This document shows, piece by piece, positions 57,148-64,000 of a stretch of DNA of 64,000 nt (its first letter is position 1; every line of letters begins with the position of its first letter). Made by a program: the position numbers and the translations under genes. The notes beneath the pieces are model-generated. The model was not told where the DNA came from, ran no database searches, and saw only the letters and a list, made by a program, of their open reading frames with translations. The DNA is from an uncultured Patescibacteria group bacterium (lineage in GTDB: Bacteria; Patescibacteriota; Microgenomatia; UBA10105; UBA927): contig CAKZSU010000003.1 of the NCBI GenBank assembly GCA_937921305.1, forward strand, positions 38,831-102,830, written 5' to 3'.

Positions 57148-58448
57148 ACAATCGCTTGATGAACGATTTGATCGTATTCGTCTTCAGACACTGTGCCTTT
57201 TTCGATTATGACATCACGAAATGATCTTTCTGTGTCAACGCACTCTTTAACAATTTTACTGATTGTTTCATATCCAAACTTTGGTATAAACAGCACAGCG
57301 ACTGCCGTAGAATGATTCAAATGTCTTTTGCACATATTCTCATTCGCTTCAAGCGAATCAATACACAAGAAACGAAACACGGTTGTTCCTTCTATGGCGA
57401 GGCGAAACGAATGAATACAGGAATCTGCAAGTATAGGAAACATGTTCGCCAATTCAAGCTGAGCTGATGTTGCTGCAAGTTGAACAGTCAACGCTTTTCC
57501 GGCAACAAGAAAATACAGTTGATTAATTGCTTCAGGAATTATTGGATTCACTTTTCCAGGCATAATCGTTGATCCTTTTTGCAATTCTGGAATTCGAAGC
57601 TCTGCTAATCCCCCGCGCGGACCACTTGCCATAAGACGGATATCATTTGCAATCTTTGAAAGATCCGCAAGATAGGCAACAAGCGCGTTGATAGACGCAA
57701 GAAAATCTCCTTGACTACTTGTCTCTGCCATCAAATTTTCCGCCGGAATAACGGGAATTTGAAGATGTTCCCGAAGAGCCTCGTATACCGCTTGTCTGTA
57801 TAGCTCAGACGCGTTGATGCCGTTGCCAATCGCTGTCCCCCCAAGATTAAGACGATAAAATATCTGGATCATATCTTTAAGTCGATCTCGATGTTTTTCG
57901 CAAATGGAAGCATACGCGGAAAACTCTGCGCTCAACGTGGTTGGCACCGCGTCTTGCAGATGCGTTCGTCCAAGTTTGCCAACAGTTTTCCATGTGTTTG
58001 CTTTTCTCAAAAACGCTTCCACGAGTTGATCCATAGACGAAACAAGAGATCTCAGAAGACGAATCATAACAATTTTTAACGCCGACGGATTAACATCGTT
58101 TGTTGATTGAGACGCGTTTACATGATCAAGTGGATGAATCGTGATGTTCGCGACTTCAGAAGCTATGGAAGCAATAACTTCATTCACATTCATATTGATC
58201 GATGTTCCAGCTCCACCTTGAAGCGCGCAAGTGACAAATTGATCGTCATACTTTCCATCGAGAATCATCTCGCACGCGGAAACAATTCCCGAAGATATGT
58301 CTTTAGAAATCCGACCATCGCGTTCATTCGCTATCGCCGCGGCTTTTTTTATCGCGACAATTGCGTATATCAATACTTTATCCACTCTATGGTAACTGAA
58401 TGGAAAATTTGCAATGGCTTGTGTTGTTTGTTCTCCGTAATATTTCAT
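57144..58448 (-). CDS. Class II fumarate hydratase / aspartate ammonia-lyase family lyase
   Basis: 434 aa. Fumarate-lyase signature GSTIMPGKVNP, QGGAGTSINMNVNEV block, and an N-terminal YGEQTTQAIANF region. Confidence 0.65.
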   Translation of the reverse strand: MKYYGEQTTQAIANFPFSYHRVDKVLIYAIVAIKKAAAIANERDGRISKDISSGIVSACEMILDGKYDDQFVTCALQGGAGTSINMNVNEVIASIASEVANITIHPLDHVNASQSTNDVNPSALKIVMIRLLRSLVSSMDQLVEAFLRKANTWKTVGKLGRTHLQDAVPTTLSAEFSAYASICEKHRDRLKDMIQIFYRLNLGGTAIGNGINASELYRQAVYEALREHLQIPVIPAENLMAETSSQGDFLASINALVAYLADLSKIANDIRLMASGPRGGLAELRIPELQKGSTIMPGKVNPIIPEAINQLYFLVAGKALTVQLAATSAQLELANMFPILADSCIHSFRLAIEGTTVFRFLCIDSLEANENMCKRHLNHSTAVAVLFIPKFGYETISKIVKECVDTERSFRDVIIEKGTVSEDEYDQIVHQAIV

Positions 58449-59602
58449 ATCATCCGCTGAATTTCATCGGCAAGTGTAGGACGCCACATTGCTCCGACAG
58501 CCGATTGAACTGCGTCAACGCCTCGTTTCATGTACGCGATATAATCATCGGGAGACACAACGCCCCCCACGCCAACAACAACAAAATCCCTCCATCCATG
58601 TTTTTGTTTTACCGAAACGATTCGCTCCACGGTTTCCAATCCGGCCCATTTAATCGCAACGCCGCAGATTCCACTCACTCGCCGAACCGGAGATCCGGGA
58701 AGCGCTTGATTTCCGTATTCATCAAGAACAACTGCGGGAATTGTATTGATCGCAACCACACCATCAGCAAATGTATGAATTCTATCAAGTAACGCCTCCA
58801 AATCATCTTGACGATCGTAAGGAAAATAGCCAATTTTGACTAATAACGGCGTATTCTTTTTCGCTCCATGCAACGCCTCCAGAACATCGGACGACATCTG
58901 AAGATCATGGCAAATTAACCCTTCCGATCCAAAATTGGGACACGATAAATTTACTTCATAAATTTGCGCGCCTGTTTCTTGCGAAAGACGGTACGTATTT
59001 ACGAAATCTTTAATATACTCATCTCGAGACATTGACTCTTTTTTCAATCCCATAAAACTGAGAATACATATGCGTCCCAATGACATATGATCAATTGCCA
59101 AACGAACATCCTGTTGCCACACTTCCGGCGGTTTAGATGGAACACCAAAGGAATTCGTTACACCTTCTTTTTCAACATCAATATCGTTTGTTGGCGGTAA
59201 TCCAATCACTGTCTCTTGCGGGTGAATATCATTAGTCGAGCTTTTTACGGGAATAACATTTGGAAATGGATGACAAGGATACACTTCGCTTCGGACTGTT
59301 TTGTAGGTATTCACGCAAAATCCTGCTCGCCACGCGGCGATCATAAACCTGCTATTCAAAAGTGGTCCTGCGGGAATGCCAAACGGCAAATCCACGGCGA
59401 ACCCGAGAAACGACAAGGAAGACTTTTTCTTTATTTCAACAACGAACGATGGGTCCGCAAATAAGCCAAACGGACCGTGATCATAGTTTTCTTCATAGGA
59501 TTTTGTCGCATCATAGAACGCGTTCATATAAGAAACCTCCCATCCTGATAGATCGTCGCTCCGCGAAAGACAACACGACGGACCTTTCCATAGGCTTCCC
59601 AT
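58445..59602 (-). CDS. pyrD: Dihydroorotate dehydrogenase. The true start is likely internal, because the listed ORF overlaps pyrC by about 79 nt.
   Basis: TIM-barrel DHODH pattern with YEVNLSCPN and GGV motifs. Confidence 0.7.
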   Translation of the reverse strand: MGSLWKGPSCCLSRSDDLSGWEVSYMNAFYDATKSYEENYDHGPFGLFADPSFVVEIKKKSSLSFLGFAVDLPFGIPAGPLLNSRFMIAAWRAGFCVNTYKTVRSEVYPCHPFPNVIPVKSSTNDIHPQETVIGLPPTNDIDVEKEGVTNSFGVPSKPPEVWQQDVRLAIDHMSLGRICILSFMGLKKESMSRDEYIKDFVNTYRLSQETGAQIYEVNLSCPNFGSEGLICHDLQMSSDVLEALHGAKKNTPLLVKIGYFPYDRQDDLEALLDRIHTFADGVVAINTIPAVVLDEYGNQALPGSPVRRVSGICGVAIKWAGLETVERIVSVKQKHGWRDFVVVGVGGVVSPDDYIAYMKRGVDAVQSAVGAMWRPTLADEIQRMI

Positions 59603-60561
59603 CCATCAAACGGAGACCATTGACATTTTGTGAAATATCCGTCTTCTCCAATGCGATATGGCTCGTCTGGATCGCATGTTACATATGTATCTTTTTGATC
59701 CGGCACAGAAAAAATACGCTTTGGACGATCATACAACAACGCCAACACAATCTTCATCGGAAGTCGTTTATCATGAACCGCCCGAAGCAATAATCCAAGC
59801 GTCGTTTCAAGTCCGGGCATACCATACGCAGGCTCAGCAACTGTTTTTTCTTCTTTTGTATGGGGCGCGTGATCGCTTTCAACAATATCGATCGTGCCGT
59901 CATGAATCCCTTCCCACAGCGCATCTTGATCGTCCTGATTTCCAATTGGCGGTTTCACTCGAAAAAAACCGCTAAGACGAGACTCGTCATCGGTCGTTAA
60001 AAATAGATGATGTGGGCAGACGCCACAGGTAATCTGATCGTAGATCGCTTTTTCTTTTTGAATAATTTGCACATCTTCCGCTGTTGCCACATGGCACACA
60101 TGAATCCTCCGTTGATGTTTTCTCGCAAGAAAAAGCATTTTTGGAAGCATGTTCCCCTCGGCGTGAACTAGAATCGGTTTTAATGAACGCCACGCGGCAA
60201 AAATCCGATCTAAAAGTTCTTCTTCGGTAACCACGTACTTCCCGGTTGTTTCATTGCAATAAATTTTCAATCCAAACACTGCAGAGTCATTCCATGCCTG
60301 CGGAAATGTATCAAGATTATTTCCGTCTGTTCCGTAGTGAAATCCGATGTCGCATCGCGCTTTTTCTTTACTCAACGAAACTTTTTGTTCCAACGCTTCA
60401 ATTGAAAATGTGGGAATAGGATTGTTTGGCATGTCAAGAATATAGGTAAATCCTCCGGCAATTGCCGCGCTGCTTCCTGTCAAAAAATCCTCTTTGTGTG
60501 TCGCACCCGGCTCGCGCAAATGCACATGAATATCAATCAAGCCGGGTAATTGAACAATCAT
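59524..60561 (-). CDS. pyrC: Dihydroorotase (cyclic amidohydrolase)
   Basis: N-terminal metal-binding motif DIHVHLREPG and DHAPH motif, in a pyrimidine-operon context. Confidence 0.7.
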   Translation of the reverse strand: MIVQLPGLIDIHVHLREPGATHKEDFLTGSSAAIAGGFTYILDMPNNPIPTFSIEALEQKVSLSKEKARCDIGFHYGTDGNNLDTFPQAWNDSAVFGLKIYCNETTGKYVVTEEELLDRIFAAWRSLKPILVHAEGNMLPKMLFLARKHQRRIHVCHVATAEDVQIIQKEKAIYDQITCGVCPHHLFLTTDDESRLSGFFRVKPPIGNQDDQDALWEGIHDGTIDIVESDHAPHTKEEKTVAEPAYGMPGLETTLGLLLRAVHDKRLPMKIVLALLYDRPKRIFSVPDQKDTYVTCDPDEPYRIGEDGYFTKCQWSPFDGWEAYGKVRRVVFRGATIYQDGRFLI

Positions 60562-61526
60562 ATAGACACCTCGGGCAACAGAACAGATGCAAGAAGGGCC
60601 ATGCGCGCATACATGCCGTTTTTCATCTGATCTCGCAGATAGACCGCTCGCTCATCATTATCAACAGCTTCGTCGATCTCCCCTAAGCGAGGAAACGGAT
60701 GCATAATAATGCTTTGTTTTTTCATCTTTTTTACCATTTCCATGTCAACTTTATACGCTCCCTGCACCTGAGCATATAAATCTTCAGACATGTACTCTTT
60801 TTTTACTCGAGTTACATACAACACATCAATATCCGATAAAATTTCATCTACTGATTCCAATTCAAAAAATTTCATGTGATGGTTGAGTAAATATGATTGA
60901 ACACGCTCTTGAATACCAACGCCTTTTGGTGAAACAAAATATAACTGAACATTCGGGAAATGAACAAGCGCTTTCGCCAAGGAATTTACTGGTCGATAAT
61001 GAAATAAATCGCCAAGCATTGCGATCTTCAAGCCATCAATACTACCCAGTGCATCCTGTATTGTAAAGAGATCTTGAAGACATTGCGTCGGGTGCTCGCC
61101 GATCCCGTCTCCAGCGTTTATCACTGGACATGGAGCAATATCCGCGGCTCGTTGCGCTAACCCAACATCGGGATGACGAAGAACGATAACATCGGCGTAA
61201 TTTGCGAATGTTTGAATCGTATCGTCAAAAGTCTCTCCTTTTTGCAACGATGTGTGAGCCATGCCATGCATGGGAATAAATCCGCCGCCAAGACGCTGCA
61301 TCGCGGTGATAAATGAACTAAATGTTCTGCTTGATGGCTCAAAAAATAACGCGGCGAGAATTTTATGCGAAAGAATAGACACACCGCCAAACTTTGTCGC
61401 AATATCTTTCATGCGCTGTGTGAGCGCAAGGATGTACGTAATATCGTCTTTTATATACTCTTCAGAAGACACAATGTCTTTCTGAAAGAATGGATTATTC
61501 ATAGTTTTTGTATATACCATGACCAT
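60558..61526 (-). CDS. pyrB: Aspartate carbamoyltransferase catalytic subunit
   Basis: STRT carbamoyl-phosphate-binding motif (FFEPSSRTFSSF) and HPTQ motif. Confidence 0.9.
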   Translation of the reverse strand: MVMVYTKTMNNPFFQKDIVSSEEYIKDDITYILALTQRMKDIATKFGGVSILSHKILAALFFEPSSRTFSSFITAMQRLGGGFIPMHGMAHTSLQKGETFDDTIQTFANYADVIVLRHPDVGLAQRAADIAPCPVINAGDGIGEHPTQCLQDLFTIQDALGSIDGLKIAMLGDLFHYRPVNSLAKALVHFPNVQLYFVSPKGVGIQERVQSYLLNHHMKFFELESVDEILSDIDVLYVTRVKKEYMSEDLYAQVQGAYKVDMEMVKKMKKQSIIMHPFPRLGEIDEAVDNDERAVYLRDQMKNGMYARMALLASVLLPEVSI

Positions 61527-64000
61527 GGATATACATTCACCGATTTTTCTGTATAAGAAAGAATAGATCGCAAGAATACTTCAAATTTTCTTCTGTTTGT
61601 GAACAACGGAATTCCTTTATCAATACTCATCCTTCGTATTATATACCCATCGGAGATCATATCGCGACTTGGAGAAAACCCCTTTGTTTTATCAGAAATC
61701 ACCACGGCGACATCAATAGATTGAAAACGGAAAAGATCTTCCACTGTTGGACGAAGAGACTCATAAATTTTTCCTATAACCCCAGACGGTATGCCATATT
61801 TCTGAAGAAATGCCGATGTTCCGGAAGTAGCGTAAATCGCAAATCCATGCTCAAACAATGTTTTTGCAATAGGAACAAATTGTTGTTTTTCTTCGTCTCC
61901 GCCAACGCTTATAAAGACTTTTTTATGCAGAGGATATTTTACGCCTGTCGCAAGAATTGCTTTTAAAAACGCTTCTTCAAGCGTTTCTCCGAATGCGGCG
62001 ACCTCACCGGTAGATGTCATCTCCACGCGAGGCAACGGATCAGCGCCACGAAGTTTATGATACGAAAATTGAGGCGCTTTTACGCAGACATATGGAATAT
62101 GTGTTTTTTCATGAAAAGAAACATGTTTTTCGAGCAGTACATCTGCCGCAATCGAAATAAAATTTATATCCATTGCCTTGCTCACGAAAGGAAAACTTCG
62201 AGACGCCCTTGCGTTGCATTCAATAACATATGGTACATCGTCAACAATAAGATATTGAATATTAAATGTACCGTGAAGCCCTAGCGATTGGATAATCTTG
62301 CTTGTTTGCTCTCGAAGCGTCGATTGAAGACTCTTTGACAATGAATAAGGAGGAAAGACTAGTGTTGAATCTCCAGAATGCACTCCAGCTTCTTCAATAT
62401 GCTCTGAAATTGCAAACGCGACAACATCGCCGTGCTGGGCGACGCCATCCACATCGCATTCTTTTGCATGAGGATAAAATTTGCTAATAACTAGTTTATA
62501 TGAAAAAATATGCTCTTTGTATATCGTCAAATAGGAGATCAACTCTTCATCAGAATATATAATACTCATAGATTTTCCTGATAGCACAAAAGACGGTCTA
62601 ATGATAATTGGATATCCAATCTCATTCGCTGCTCGAATCGCTTGCTCGTCAGAAACGCATTCTCTCCACGGCGGTTGATGAACACTTAATTCATCAAGCA
62701 ACGCGCTAAATTCTTGTCTATTTTCGGCTTTTCTAATAACTTTTGGAGACGTTCCCAATATGGGAATCTCATAAACCGAAAGATGGGGCGCGAGATTATT
62801 TGCTATCTGACCACCAACAGACACAACAATCGGCGCTTGTTCGTGTTCATAAATATCGAGAATGCGTTCAAGCGTCAATTCTTCAAAATACAAAACATCA
62901 GACATGTCGAAATCCGTGGATACTGTTTCTGGATTGCAATTCACAACGATTGTTTTCATTCTTTGTTGACGAAACGACTGAACCAATGTAACCGCAGACC
63001 AATCAAATTCCACCGATGTCCCGATCGAGTATGGACCACACCCTAACACAATCGCCTTCCGTTCTTGATCGTCTGACTCTCTATAATGTTCAGACACGCT
63101 CCCTCCGTATGTCATATAGAGATAATTCGTTTTCGCTGGAAATTCTCCTGCTGTCGTATCGATAACATGAACGACAGGCTCAATACGCGATGCTTTTCTC
63201 ATGCGACGAATGTCATCTTCTGTTTTTTCTAAACAATCAGCGATTTGCTCGTCTGAAAATCCATGTTGTTTTGCGAGACGAAGCGTTTGCTCTGAGAGAT
63301 TCTCTTTTTCTGACACCATCATCTTATATACATCCACAATCCGTTTGAGTTGAGATAAAAACCACGGATCGATATCAGTAAGCGCGTGAATTTCTTCGAT
63401 TGATATGCCAGCATACAAAGCCGAGCAAATCGTAAACGGACGAAGCGATGTTGGACACTGCAACATCGTTGTTAATTCTTCCTTCGTATAGTAAAGAAAT
63501 CGCTTATCAATAAGCCCTTTATACCCATCATTCAGCATGCGAGCGGCTTTTTGGATCGCTTCTGGAAACGACCTCGCAATACTCATCACTTCTCCAACGC
63601 TTTTCATTTCACTTCCAATCGTTACTTCAACAAGGTCAAACTTATCTAAATCCCATCGCGGCATCTTTACCACAATATAATCTAACGCGGGCTCAAAAAA
63701 TGCCGTCGTCTTTTTGGTAATATGATTTTGAAGGTCAGGAAGCGTTTTGCCGATCGCGAGTTTCGCCGCGACATACGCGAGAGGATAGCCAGTCGCTTTT
63801 GACGCAAGAGCAGAAGAACGAGATAAACGAGCATTTACTTCAATCACGCGAACCTCACCATTCTTTGGATTTAAGGCGAATTGAATATTACACTCTCCCA
63901 CAACCCCTAAATCTCGAATCACATCAATCGCTTTTTGACGAAGTCCATAATACTCCTCATTGGTTAATGTTTGCGACGGAGCAACAACAATTGATTCACC
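61499..64000 (-). CDS. carB: Carbamoyl-phosphate synthase large subunit. The 5' part of the gene lies beyond the window end.
   Basis: ORF runs open to the window edge. Matches the CarB ATP-grasp, oligomerisation and second ATP-grasp regions (IQFALNPKNGEVRVIEVNARLSRSSALASKATGYPLA) and the C-terminal MGS-like domain. Confidence 0.9.
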   Translation of the reverse strand, partial: GESIVVAPSQTLTNEEYYGLRQKAIDVIRDLGVVGECNIQFALNPKNGEVRVIEVNARLSRSSALASKATGYPLAYVAAKLAIGKTLPDLQNHITKKTTAFFEPALDYIVVKMPRWDLDKFDLVEVTIGSEMKSVGEVMSIARSFPEAIQKAARMLNDGYKGLIDKRFLYYTKEELTTMLQCPTSLRPFTICSALYAGISIEEIHALTDIDPWFLSQLKRIVDVYKMMVSEKENLSEQTLRLAKQHGFSDEQIADCLEKTEDDIRRMRKASRIEPVVHVIDTTAGEFPAKTNYLYMTYGGSVSEHYRESDDQERKAIVLGCGPYSIGTSVEFDWSAVTLVQSFRQQRMKTIVVNCNPETVSTDFDMSDVLYFEELTLERILDIYEHEQAPIVVSVGGQIANNLAPHLSVYEIPILGTSPKVIRKAENRQEFSALLDELSVHQPPWRECVSDEQAIRAANEIGYPIIIRPSFVLSGKSMSIIYSDEELISYLTIYKEHIFSYKLVISKFYPHAKECDVDGVAQHGDVVAFAISEHIEEAGVHSGDSTLVFPPYSLSKSLQSTLREQTSKIIQSLGLHGTFNIQYLIVDDVPYVIECNARASRSFPFVSKAMDINFISIAADVLLEKHVSFHEKTHIPYVCVKAPQFSYHKLRGADPLPRVEMTSTGEVAAFGETLEEAFLKAILATGVKYPLHKKVFISVGGDEEKQQFVPIAKTLFEHGFAIYATSGTSAFLQKYGIPSGVIGKIYESLRPTVEDLFRFQSIDVAVVISDKTKGFSPSRDMISDGYIIRRMSIDKGIPLFTNRRKFEVFLRSILSYTEKSVNVYPWSWYIQKL

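Noticed and set aside
1-64000. Alternative genetic code (UGA recoding, as in Gracilibacteria/Absconditabacteria)
   Set aside because: The long conserved genes (uvrA, uvrB, carB, RND pump, ppsA) read through without in-frame TGA, and TGA is used as a terminator (for example in the ATGA stop/start overlaps). The standard code 11 applies.

Overview
This 64 kb window looks like a streamlined, low-GC bacterial chromosome with standard stop codons. Genes are tightly packed, often with 4-nt stop/start overlaps, which is reminiscent of small-genome lineages such as CPR/Patescibacteria. That assignment is inferred from the sequence alone and could not be checked. The content is mostly housekeeping.

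Main contents, in order:
- Two tRNA clusters: Pro/Leu on the minus strand at 55-220, and Leu-Leu-Val-Phe-Gly-Gln on the plus strand at 2660-3459.
- A long minus-strand operon: transglutaminase-like protein, uvrC, a DUF360/holin-like membrane protein, yvcK, secG and an ABC substrate-binding protein.
- A Cpx-like module on the plus strand: OmpR-type response regulator, histidine kinase and a secreted LTXXQ protein.
- uvrA, a phosphoketolase, uvrB divergent from lexA, and rsmI.
- A co-directional central-carbon gene cluster on the minus strand: NUDIX, holA-like, phosphoglucomutase, pgi, ppsA, eno, gpmI and an ADP-forming acetyl-CoA synthetase.
- An RND efflux pair, signal peptide peptidase A, endonuclease III, ribosomal protein L19 and tRNA-Lys.
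- A nearly complete pyrimidine operon on the minus strand (carB partial, pyrB, pyrC, pyrD, a fumarase/aspartase-family lyase, pyrF, pyrE, pyrG).

Candidates worth follow-up:
(i) A roughly 1.7 kb degraded integrative-element remnant directly 3' of tRNA-Gln, containing a frameshifted C-terminal fragment of a large serine recombinase and GC-rich hairpins with similar repeats that are atypical for this AT-rich genome.
(ii) A 233-aa pyruvate-kinase homolog that keeps only the catalytic barrel motifs.
(iii) An operon-like module encoding a coiled-coil protein, a CofE-like gamma-glutamyl ligase and a phosphodiester glycosidase, next to a second phosphodiester-glycosidase paralog and a membrane-anchored nuclease.
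(iv) A rarA gene broken by a single-base homopolymer frameshift.
(v) A fumarase/aspartase-family lyase embedded in the pyrimidine operon.

No CRISPR array, rRNA gene or intact mobile element was seen. All calls rest on by-eye motif recognition in the supplied ORF translations, with no database searches.
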